Shown in pieces: positions 48,492-56,918 of a stretch of DNA of 64,000 bases. Each line of letters starts with the position of its first letter. Positions within the stretch are counted from its first letter, which is position 1. The stretch comes from Bdellovibrionota bacterium. GTDB taxonomy: Bacteria > Bdellovibrionota_C > UBA2361 > JBIKWN01. Location: positions 37,708 through 101,707 of the forward strand of contig JBIKWN010000004.1 in NCBI GenBank assembly GCA_044356295.1. The letters are read 5' to 3'. A program made the position numbers and the translations under genes. The notes under the pieces were generated by a model. That model worked only from the letters and a program-made list of their open reading frames with translations, was not told the origin of the DNA and searched no databases.

Positions 48492-48513
48492 TCATTGAAA
48501 GCTTTCAATACGC

Positions 48514-49032
48514 TTACCAACGCTCTGCAATACATGATTCAACAAATGAAGAACCAAGTTTAGAAAGTATGATTGAACATTTCTGATGTAATGTAGAATG
48601 CATGAGGTCTGGAGATATATCTATTACTGGTTGTAGCATAAAGTCTCTTTCATGCAGCCTCGGATGGGGGATTGATAAAATATCACTTTCAAAAACTTCA
48701 CCTTCAATAAGTGCAATATCAAGGTCTAATGTTCGACTCGCAAGCTGATTCTGAGGGTCTCTGGTTCTTCCAAGTTTTTGCTCTACTTCTAAGCATGCTT
48801 CAAGAATCTTTGATGGGGATAAAACAGATGAGTAGCACACTGCTGCATTCATATAGCTTGGAACAGAATGTGGTTCGATTCCTTGTTTTGTAAGAGGGGT
48901 AGTTTTGTATAGTTTTGAAACCCCATAGACGGTACCAATACAATCAGACAGCATCATTCGGGCTTTTTGAAATGTAGAGATTGGATCCCCTAAATTTGCT
49001 CCAAAGCAGATATATATTTTACGAGGTAACAT
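48514..49032 (-). CDS. folK: 2-amino-4-hydroxy-6-hydroxymethyldihydropteridine diphosphokinase
   Basis: GANLGD, YMNAA, EQKLGRTR, RTLDLDI, IPHPRLHERDFML. Confidence 0.95.
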   Translation of the reverse strand: MLPRKIYICFGANLGDPISTFQKARMMLSDCIGTVYGVSKLYKTTPLTKQGIEPHSVPSYMNAAVCYSSVLSPSKILEACLEVEQKLGRTRDPQNQLASRTLDLDIALIEGEVFESDILSIPHPRLHERDFMLQPVIDISPDLMHSTLHQKCSIILSKLGSSFVESCIAERW

Positions 49033-49134
49033 CGTGAGTAGACATTTAGCATTGATTTAGCGAGAGTATAGCTGCATATTCGAATCAAAAATAGCGATTC
49101 GATACGTATAGCCTTAACCAGACAGGAGTTTTAA

Positions 49135-49815
49135 TTGGACGCAAAAGCACTAGTAGGATTGGAAATCGCTAAAAAAGTGACGACAAACTCAATTATAGGA
49201 GTTGGAACAGGATCTACCGTTGATGCCGCTATAAGTGCGATAGCGGAGCGTATTAAAAATGAGAATCTTGTGATTCAAGTAGTTCCAACTTCATATCAAT
49301 CTGCCTGGGCTTGCACCGAAGCTGGGCTAACTGTTTTAAGTCCAACGTATGCACATGAAATTTCCTGGGGATTTGATGGAGCGGATGCCGTAGATAAAAA
49401 AGGCAACGCTATCAAGGGAAAGGGCGCTGCTATGCTTGAAGAAAAAGTACTTGCCCATAAATGTAGAGAATATTTTTTAATTGTAGATGATTCCAAAGTT
49501 GCAGATGATATTTGCAAAAAATGTGCTATACCAGTGGAAGTTCTACCTTCAGGGTATGGACTAGCACTTTCTGGACTTAAAAAAATCGGCGCAACTGAAA
49601 TATCACTTCGTGATGGTAAGCCTGGTAAGCATGGTCCAGTACTTACAGAGCGAGGAAATATTATTCTTGATGCAATATTTACAAGTTTTTCAGATGGACT
49701 TGAGCAGAGAATAAAATCGATAACTGGAGTAATTGATTCTGGTTTATTTGAGAACTGCGCAAATAAAATATTTGTCGCTAGCTCAACGGGAAGCGTTAGT
49801 TCCTGGGACTGTTAA
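49135..49815 (+). CDS. rpiA: Ribose-5-phosphate isomerase A
   Basis: GVGTGSTV, DGADAV, IKGKGAA..EEK, PVEV; TTG start with AGGAG SD. Confidence 0.95.
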   Translation: MDAKALVGLEIAKKVTTNSIIGVGTGSTVDAAISAIAERIKNENLVIQVVPTSYQSAWACTEAGLTVLSPTYAHEISWGFDGADAVDKKGNAIKGKGAAMLEEKVLAHKCREYFLIVDDSKVADDICKKCAIPVEVLPSGYGLALSGLKKIGATEISLRDGKPGKHGPVLTERGNIILDAIFTSFSDGLEQRIKSITGVIDSGLFENCANKIFVASSTGSVSSWDC

Positions 49816-50079
49816 TCCTTCAGCAAACTCAACATTTGATCCGCGTTGTTCTTCACGAAGTAAGAATTGAAGCGCAAAATTTTCGGCATCACTTTGGGAG
49901 CGGGATGGCTTAATTGCAATCTTTTTTTGATCATCCTCAGATGAAATCAACATGAATTGCCTTGTGGCAATAACAATTTGGACTTTTCCATTTTTTGTAT
50001 ATCGGCCAATGTGTCTACCAGCTTTCCATGCATCGAGAAGCTGAGAGAAATCTCGGTCGTCAATCGTGATTATCTGCAT
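49783..50079 (-). CDS. Hypothetical protein
   Basis: 98-aa ORF filling the gap after skp, with TAGCAT 6 nt upstream of the ATG. Confidence 0.6.
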   Translation of the reverse strand: MQIITIDDRDFSQLLDAWKAGRHIGRYTKNGKVQIVIATRQFMLISSEDDQKKIAIKPSRSQSDAENFALQFLLREEQRGSNVEFAEGLTVPGTNASR

Positions 50080-50137
50080 ACAATAATGCTATCGGCTCAA
50101 AATCTTTTGATCTTTATATATATAGTAAGAAAACTTC

Positions 50138-50665
50138 TTACTTATTGAAACGACTGATAATTTCAGCCGTAATATCGAGGGTATCAGTTCCGAAAAGTAC
50201 CCCTCCACGGGATGCGCCACTACTTTTATCCAGCACAAGAGAGATATCTTTTTCTTTCGCATAAGCACTGACAATTTTTATGGTCTTTTCAGTTATATCA
50301 GCCTGATATTTTGAAAAAAGTTTTTGCATTTCATCTTCTTTAGTTCGCATGAGCTCAACAAGCTCTCGAGTTTTTGCTTTGATCTCTTCACCTTCTTTTG
50401 TACCAGGTTTAATTTCACCCTTTTTTGCTTTTTCGTCTAAAGGTTTTAGTGCATTTTGTTTTTCTTCGATCAGTATTTTGGATTTCTTCATCTGAGCATC
50501 AAGCTCAATTTTTGCTTTCTTTGCATCAGCAGATTCATTGATGATTCTTGCAGTATCGACTGTTGCAACGACGTAATCTTCTGCAAAGGCAGATACGTTT
50601 ACAGATCCAAGAAATATAAAAGAAAGGGTGAAGAGGGTTATTTGGAAGAGAGCATTTTTATTCAT
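50138..50665 (-). CDS. skp: OmpH/Skp periplasmic chaperone
   Basis: Signal peptide, VATVDTARII, coiled coil, LVLDK...DITAEII. Confidence 0.88.
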   Translation of the reverse strand: MNKNALFQITLFTLSFIFLGSVNVSAFAEDYVVATVDTARIINESADAKKAKIELDAQMKKSKILIEEKQNALKPLDEKAKKGEIKPGTKEGEEIKAKTRELVELMRTKEDEMQKLFSKYQADITEKTIKIVSAYAKEKDISLVLDKSSGASRGGVLFGTDTLDITAEIISRFNK

Positions 50666-50690
50666 ACACCGAAGAGTATTGAGATATCAA

Positions 50691-52379
50691 TCAGATTTCA
50701 ACAGGTATGCTTCCTGGAAGATAAGGAAGTTTTTCGTTAAGAATATCAATAACATTTCGGAAGATACGCCGTGCTTCGAAAGGGATAGCCCCCTCGTTGC
50801 CACAATCCGCATAGAGTGCCACAGGAGTATCGTGGGGAGCATCTATAGGGGAAAGAGCAAAAGCTTTGCTGCCAAATGGGGATACTTTACTCTCTTTATT
50901 GCCAAACGATTGAACCTTAGAGAAACACTCAGCAAGTGGACTCAAAGGATCCGTGATTATTATAGTTTGACCATTAGTGATGTTTGGGCCTCTTGCTGCA
51001 ACAACGAGGGCTTTTGATTTATCTTTGGAAACAACAATAAGAGCCGATTTTTGGAATAATCCTTGTCCTACAAGCATGCTCAGAAGATCTCGAAGAAGTC
51101 CTTCAGCATCCGTGGCCTCCTCAATCGTTGCGGCAAACTTAGAAACCGCTTTTGCAGAGCTCGCGTTAGCCATTGTAGGTGGGGTTACAGATTTTCTTGT
51201 AGGAGAGACCACACGTGCTGGTTTTTCAGCAAGCATACTTTTGCTAATTGCAAATTCTTCTCTTGTAACTCGAGCAGGTGGTGTGGGAGTTGGTGATGAT
51301 TTGGCTGCTGGTTTTTGGATTACTGGTTGAGGAATTTCAGGCACTGGTTCGGACAGCGCATCTATGAGACCGTCAATCTCAGCTTGTAACGAAGATGAAA
51401 TATCTAAAGACTCTTCCTGACCAATAGACCAAGAAGCCACTGAATCGCTTTCAGCAGATGAAGTAGTGGCTGCTAAAATTTCTTGAGTGGCATTTTTGTG
51501 CTTTTGACGTCGTTTCTCTTCTAAAATTCTCATCGAGAATAGATATTCAGAGGCGCGTTCATAGATCCTCGCGTACTGACTATCTGATATTTGAAGAAGC
51601 CGAAGGGAACTTTTTGAGGGTAATTGTTTTCCAGGAGCCAATTTATCCCAACGATTCGCATCAAATGACTCTACCATTTCATCTGCTGCCATGATGACTG
51701 GCTTCATCGCCGCTCTTTCTGGTTGTCGATTAAGCGCGTCTCTATCTAAAGCAAATAAAATAATTTCAGGAATTCCAAAGCGACGAAGATACGCTAAGTT
51801 AATTTTTTCTACATCAAATTTATGATCTTGAGCTAGTCGGTAGTTTACTGAAGCTCTTGTTTGTTCTTCAGCAAGCTTAATATATTCATCTTTGAAATGT
51901 GCTGCAGCAATCATTTCTCCAAGATAATAAAGAAGTCCTGCAACCTGGCATTCGTCACTGAAATTTTTTATTACAACTTCAGAAAGCATCCTTGCAACAA
52001 TAGAAGTTCGTTTACATCTTGAACGATGTGTATCAATCCACGCTTGAACAGAGAGGTTTTGATTTTGTGGGCGAGAAATAATTTCTTCTAGAAGCTCTTT
52101 GGTATGTTGTTGACCTAGCCTTACGATTGCAGTCTTTGGAGAAGTAATAGGAGGACGCCCACCAGAAAAGAACATGGCATTGCCAGTTTTAAGGAGCTCA
52201 AGAACAATAATAGGATCCTGGCTAACGCAGATACTTAAATCTTCTACGCGAAGGTTTTGATCTGAAATAAGGCGTTGAGCTTCGGCAGCAATAGCTGCGT
52301 CAGGGGGTAATATTACAGATAGTGGACCACCATGGATCTTGATTTCAGGGGTTTGTTCTGGAGGATTGGAATCAGCCAC
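50691..52379 (-). CDS. HDOD domain signalling protein with Pro-rich linker and C-terminal GAF-like region
   Basis: SQDPIIVLELLKTGNA, TAIVRLG, AGLLYYLGE (HD replaced), FGIPE; C-terminal ALYADCG. Confidence 0.8.
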   Translation of the reverse strand: MADSNPPEQTPEIKIHGGPLSVILPPDAAIAAEAQRLISDQNLRVEDLSICVSQDPIIVLELLKTGNAMFFSGGRPPITSPKTAIVRLGQQHTKELLEEIISRPQNQNLSVQAWIDTHRSRCKRTSIVARMLSEVVIKNFSDECQVAGLLYYLGEMIAAAHFKDEYIKLAEEQTRASVNYRLAQDHKFDVEKINLAYLRRFGIPEIILFALDRDALNRQPERAAMKPVIMAADEMVESFDANRWDKLAPGKQLPSKSSLRLLQISDSQYARIYERASEYLFSMRILEEKRRQKHKNATQEILAATTSSAESDSVASWSIGQEESLDISSSLQAEIDGLIDALSEPVPEIPQPVIQKPAAKSSPTPTPPARVTREEFAISKSMLAEKPARVVSPTRKSVTPPTMANASSAKAVSKFAATIEEATDAEGLLRDLLSMLVGQGLFQKSALIVVSKDKSKALVVAARGPNITNGQTIIITDPLSPLAECFSKVQSFGNKESKVSPFGSKAFALSPIDAPHDTPVALYADCGNEGAIPFEARRIFRNVIDILNEKLPYLPGSIPVEI

Positions 52380-52674
52380 GATTACGAAGAGAACTTTTTA
52401 TTAAATCTAGCACTAGAATAGCCTTTCAGAGCTGTATTAGACAAGTGAAATTAGTTGGTTAGGTATGGGGTAAAAGCCGAGAAAAGTGTCAGTTTTGAAT
52501 AAATTGGTGGTGTATGTAATGAAATTTAAATAATTTTCTAACATTAGAAGGTATGAAAAATACATCTTCTCGATTTTTTTCTTAATTTTTGAATTTTATT
52601 GTCGTTATAACCTATTTCAATGCATACTTTTATATAAGGATTTCAAACCTAAGAATTTTATCATTGCCAACCAA

Positions 52675-53193
52675 GTGAAAAACCAACTCCTTGATAACTA
52701 CCTCATCATCGGAAAAGAATTAATTTTTTCTGAATCTTACGGAACTATTGCTTCTTTTCGAGAAGGGATTGCAAGTGTTCCGTTAGAAGTTTTGGAATCT
52801 TACCTTGAAGATCTTTTAGACAACTCAGTTCAAGAAGATGTATTAGGAATCAATAGAGGAAGTCCGTGGTTTTATTCCTTTAAGGTGATTGCATTTGGAA
52901 TATTAGGCTCCGTGGCAGGGGGGCTCTATTGTGTATCAGTTGGTGCCTCGGTACTTTCATCTTTTAGTTTAATACTTATTTTAAGCGCGCCATTTGGATC
53001 CATTCTTTATCTTTCAACACGTATTGGGTTAATGCGCAGAATGAAATTTGCACGGGTAGTTTCTGCTGAAATTGCTAGACGCAGAGGTAAAGACGATCAA
53101 GATCAAGGGCGTCATCCACTTTTTGTTTTTAGTGATGTTTTAAAGTCTTCTAAAGGCACTGTTCCGGGTGCGGCCAGAACAATCTTGCATTAG
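52675..53193 (+). CDS. Hypothetical membrane protein (2 TM)
   Basis: Two hydrophobic segments followed by a basic RRMKFAR..EIARRRG segment. Confidence 0.6.
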   Translation: MKNQLLDNYLIIGKELIFSESYGTIASFREGIASVPLEVLESYLEDLLDNSVQEDVLGINRGSPWFYSFKVIAFGILGSVAGGLYCVSVGASVLSSFSLILILSAPFGSILYLSTRIGLMRRMKFARVVSAEIARRRGKDDQDQGRHPLFVFSDVLKSSKGTVPGAARTILH

Positions 53194-53228
53194 TTTCTTT
53201 TAAATCTGGGAAATATATTTATATTTGT

Positions 53229-53558
53229 TTAGGCTGAAATGCTTGCTTCTTTCATATACCAAGGAGCAAGTCGAGAAAGACCTCGTTTTGGCATTTCTCT
53301 TATTTTTCTTCGAATATGGTTTGCATCAAGATCAAGCTGCAAGCAGGTCCAATTAAAGCTAAATTGGTCGTCTTCACCACCTAGATCGTCATTAAAAATC
53401 CATTGTTCTGATTCTAGAGCTTCTTTTTGCTCATTTCCAACAAAATCCAGAATTGCACGTTCCAGGAGGGCTAAAATAAGCCGTCTCTCGGGCGTTCCTG
53501 TTTGATTAGGAATGTCAAAAAGATTATATCCATCGTAGTCTATTGAGGCGTTTTCCAT
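53229..53558 (-). CDS. Small conserved hypothetical protein
   Basis: PERRLILALLERAILD...WIF...FSF..TC..LDLD pattern recalled from uncharacterised deltaproteobacteria-like proteins. Confidence 0.65.
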   Translation of the reverse strand: MENASIDYDGYNLFDIPNQTGTPERRLILALLERAILDFVGNEQKEALESEQWIFNDDLGGEDDQFSFNWTCLQLDLDANHIRRKIREMPKRGLSRLAPWYMKEASISA

Positions 53559-53598
53559 CGCATTTATTATTAGTAGTTGTTTCGTTGGGAGACGCGAT

Positions 53599-54180
53599 AT
53601 GAGAAAGTTCTATTCAATGAAGTTGGGACATTTTTTTTCCTTTTTTGTAGCTCTACTAGTAACTGTTGCATCTAGCGCACAATCCGAGTTCCGTTGCGAA
53701 TCTGAGATTCGTTACAGGTGGAAGCAGTTAGATAAAAATGACGGTAAAAAAACTGCTGAGGCTTCTCAAGCCACTCCTACGCCTACCACCGAAGATAATA
53801 AAGGCAAAGTAGCTGTTGTTGAAGGAAGAGAAGTCTTCTGGTCATCTGCTTCTGCAAGTGCTGAAACGGAAGAAGAGGCAAAAAATAGTTTAAAAGCAAT
53901 TGTAACCGACCAGAGAGCGCGAGCTGATAGCGCTTGTAGGGATTCGCACGAAAATCAAACTAAGTGTGTTGCTACTAAGTACTCCCAAAATACCTCTACT
54001 TTTCAAGTAATGAGCTTTTCTCAGCGAAAAGCTTTTGAAAAAAAGATTATTGAAGACTGTGAGCAAGCTGCAGGAAATTGTTTAGGCTCTGCTGCAACTG
54101 AAGCTTCTTGTATTGAAATAAAAAAAGCAGAAGTAGCTCCAGCAGCAGAAGCTAAAGGTAAAGAGGCTAAAAAAAAGTAA
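53599..54180 (+). CDS. Secreted hypothetical protein with six Cys
   Basis: Signal peptide, GGAG SD, paired Cys, Lys/Glu-rich tail. Confidence 0.65.
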   Translation: MRKFYSMKLGHFFSFFVALLVTVASSAQSEFRCESEIRYRWKQLDKNDGKKTAEASQATPTPTTEDNKGKVAVVEGREVFWSSASASAETEEEAKNSLKAIVTDQRARADSACRDSHENQTKCVATKYSQNTSTFQVMSFSQRKAFEKKIIEDCEQAAGNCLGSAATEASCIEIKKAEVAPAAEAKGKEAKKK

Positions 54181-54199
54181 TTAAGTAAGGACTTTTGTT

Positions 54200-54694
54200 A
54201 TGAGCTATGTTCACCAGCATTTGATGGAAGATGAAGAAGTTGTTTATCAAACACATGTGCACTGGATTGTCTTTATACCTTGGTTTCTGATCACCATATT
54301 TATTCTGAGTACCATGTTTTTTGTCCCCGGTAATCAGATGCTTATTCTTGCTATTAGAGGTATTGCTGGAGTTTTTTTTATTAAAGCTACTGCAAATTTA
54401 ATTTTCTATTGGACATCTGAATATGGTGTTACTTCCAAGCGAGTCTTGGGAAAAACAGGACTTATCCGAATTCGCTCTCTTGATATACTTCTTTTAAAAG
54501 TTGAAGCGGTCAGACTGAATCAAGGACTTTTAGGACGTGTTCTTGATTTTGGAGATCTTGTTGTAACTGGAACTGGTGGTACGACAGAAACTCTTTTTGA
54601 TGTTCCTAGTCCTTTGTCGGTAAGAAATCTTATACAAGAGCAAGCTTCTAGAAACTATGGGGATGCTTCGCAGCAGGGCCATAGCGAAGGGTAG
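54200..54694 (+). CDS. Bacterial PH domain (bPH_2/YdbS-like) membrane protein
   Basis: EEVVYQTHVHW, 2 TM segments, EYGVTSKRV..KTG, QGLLGRVLDFGDLVVTGTGG. Confidence 0.85.
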   Translation: MSYVHQHLMEDEEVVYQTHVHWIVFIPWFLITIFILSTMFFVPGNQMLILAIRGIAGVFFIKATANLIFYWTSEYGVTSKRVLGKTGLIRIRSLDILLLKVEAVRLNQGLLGRVLDFGDLVVTGTGGTTETLFDVPSPLSVRNLIQEQASRNYGDASQQGHSEG

Positions 54695-54699
54695 TGCCT

Positions 54700-54778
54700 C
54701 CGTGAACTTGACCGTAGGCGTGAGCGTGAGCAAAAAAATCGCTCACGCTCACGCTCACGCTCAGGGTCAGGGTCACGG
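54700..54778. repeat. REP-like hexamer-periodic inverted repeat (GC-rich hairpin)
   Basis: Left arm ccgtga-acttga-ccgtag-gcgtga-gcgtga-gc, loop aaaaaaatc, right arm gc-tcacgc-tcacgc-tcacgc-tcaggg-tcaggg-tcacgg. Confidence 0.8.
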
Positions 54779-54912
54779 GATTCGATAGATTTGAGGATTA
54801 GTCTTCATCTGAAATCTACGAAAATTTAGCACTCCCTACGAAAGCGCACGAAAAATCCGCATTCCTCTCTTCAGTTATTCCTAGATCCGATCGAACTACT
54901 TTAGGAATAGCT

Positions 54913-56466
54913 ATGTTCGGAGGCTCCAACACAAAACCACCTGTAAAAAGACCGGCACCGTCCGGTAAAAGTGTTGAACCTGCTCAAAAACAGAAAACCT
55001 ATTACGATCCAAATGATATGACGGTTGAGGGAAACCTGCGCCGTGTTATTGATGAGCAAGGTGTTAGTGATGCTCTTAAAAATCAAGATCTAGGACTTGA
55101 AGAAGGAGCAGATGCGCCGCTGATTCGGCTTGTTAATGCACTGCTTAGTCAAGCGGTACAAATGAATGCTTCAGATATTCATATTGAACCATTTGAAACA
55201 ATTCTTCGAATTCGTTTTAGGATAGATGGTGTACTGCAAGAGATTCAAACTATTCCCCATAAGCTTTCCTCACCAATTTCAGCACGATTAAAAGTAATGG
55301 CATCGCTTGATATCTGTGAAAAAAGAATGCCGCAAGATGGAACTATTAAATTAAGAAACGGTGATGTTGTTGCTGATTTTCGAATGAGCACGTTGCCTTC
55401 TGCTTTTGGCGAAAAGATTGTAATGCGGGTCATGGGTACTGCAAGTGTGAAAAATGATCTTTCAAAACTTGGGATACCAGAGCGTGAATTGAAAATTATT
55501 CGAAGTGCAATTAAGCGACCAGATGGTTTGGTTTTAGTTACAGGACCTACGGGTTCAGGTAAAACGACAACGCTTTATGCAGCATTAAATGAACTCAATG
55601 ATATCTCTGAAAGTGTATTTACAGCAGAAGATCCTATTGAAGGTACATTACAAGGAGTGACACAGTGCCAAGTAAATAATGCTGTTGGCTACGATTTTGC
55701 AGCTATTCTTCGTTCACTACTTCGGCAAGATCCAGATATTATTCTTGTAGGAGAGATACGAGATCAAGAAACAGCAGAGATATCAATTAAAGCTGCACTG
55801 ACTGGTCACATTGTATTATCGACACTTCATACAAACTGCTCTGTTTCTACCATATCTCGACTTTTAAACATGGGCATACAGGGATACTTAATTACTTCCG
55901 CAGTAACTTGTGTCGTGGCTCAACGATTAGTTCGACGAGTATGTGTTGAGTGTAAACACACTCGCCCCGCGTCTCCTGATCTTCTAGAAAAAATCGGAGA
56001 AGCAAGAAGTTTAATTAATGAATCACAATTGATTTATGGAAAGGGCTGCCCAAAATGTAATGGAACTGGGTACAAAGGCAGAGCTCCAATTTATGAAGTA
56101 TTACAGATGTCAGAATCGCTTCGAAGTTTAGTGTTATCAAGCGCTCCGCTTGATGTGATGCGCCAGCAAGCAAGAGCAGAGGGCATGAGGACTCTGAGAG
56201 AATCAGGAATTGAATTAGTGAGACAAGGAATTACTACACTCGAAGAAGTGCTTGGTGCTTCAAATGAGGATGACGAGAAGGTTGAAAGTCAGCCATTGGC
56301 TCAAGAAGCCCCGCGTCATCAAGAGCCGTCAGTAATTATGCCTTCAGCAATTGCTCCAAAAAGTAAATTTCAAAAAATAGCTGCTGTTACACAAACAAAA
56401 ATTCCAACAGTCGTCGCAGCGCAAGCAACTGGAACAACAGAGAGTAAATGGAAACGAGCAAAATAA
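54913..56466 (+). CDS. GspE/PilB family secretion/pilus assembly ATPase
   Basis: ASDIHIEP, RFRIDG, PQDG, Walker A GPTGSGKTTT, EDPIE, LRQDPDIILVGEIRD, GHIVLSTLHTN, tetracysteine CVEC...CPKC. Confidence 0.95.
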   Translation: MFGGSNTKPPVKRPAPSGKSVEPAQKQKTYYDPNDMTVEGNLRRVIDEQGVSDALKNQDLGLEEGADAPLIRLVNALLSQAVQMNASDIHIEPFETILRIRFRIDGVLQEIQTIPHKLSSPISARLKVMASLDICEKRMPQDGTIKLRNGDVVADFRMSTLPSAFGEKIVMRVMGTASVKNDLSKLGIPERELKIIRSAIKRPDGLVLVTGPTGSGKTTTLYAALNELNDISESVFTAEDPIEGTLQGVTQCQVNNAVGYDFAAILRSLLRQDPDIILVGEIRDQETAEISIKAALTGHIVLSTLHTNCSVSTISRLLNMGIQGYLITSAVTCVVAQRLVRRVCVECKHTRPASPDLLEKIGEARSLINESQLIYGKGCPKCNGTGYKGRAPIYEVLQMSESLRSLVLSSAPLDVMRQQARAEGMRTLRESGIELVRQGITTLEEVLGASNEDDEKVESQPLAQEAPRHQEPSVIMPSAIAPKSKFQKIAAVTQTKIPTVVAAQATGTTESKWKRAK

Positions 56467-56489
56467 GATAAAGAGGGAAGAGGGGATAT

Positions 56490-56918
56490 ATGAGTAGTGA
56501 AACACCTAAATTTTTAATCGTTGATGATGATGCTGTTGCATTAGCTGTTATTAAAGCGGTCATTCAGTCGCTTGGTTGTGAATGTGAATGCAGAACATCG
56601 GCAAAACAGGTTTTAGATCTTGTTAATGATCCAACTATCGCAAAACAGTTCGATGCAATTTTTATAGATGTCATGATGCCAGAAATGACCGGTCTTGAAT
56701 TATCAGAAGAGCTTAAAAAAATCCCTCAAACTGAAAATATTCCACGAGTCATGATTAGTGCACTTGGAAAGTATAACGACATCATTAAAGGGTATGAGTC
56801 AGGGGCTGATTACTATATGACTAAACCTATTGATAAAGATCAAATTATTTATGCGCTCGATCTTATTTTTCAAGAATCCGAAGACACTTCTAATAGTTTT
56901 GATCTTCCAGAGGCATAA
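56490..56918 (+). CDS. Single-domain response regulator (CheY-like receiver)
   Basis: IVDDD, IDVMMP (phospho-Asp), ISA, GADYYMTKP. Confidence 0.93.
   Translation: MSSETPKFLIVDDDAVALAVIKAVIQSLGCECECRTSAKQVLDLVNDPTIAKQFDAIFIDVMMPEMTGLELSEELKKIPQTENIPRVMISALGKYNDIIKGYESGADYYMTKPIDKDQIIYALDLIFQESEDTSNSFDLPEA

Noticed and set aside
42607..49032. folP as a mobile sulfonamide-resistance (sul) gene
   Set aside because: No integron or IS context; chromosomal neighbourhood with folK nearby; composition like the flanking genes.
54700..54778. Possible CRISPR array or simple microsatellite
   Set aside because: Units are 6 nt with no unique spacers and no cas genes; the arrangement is an inverted hairpin.
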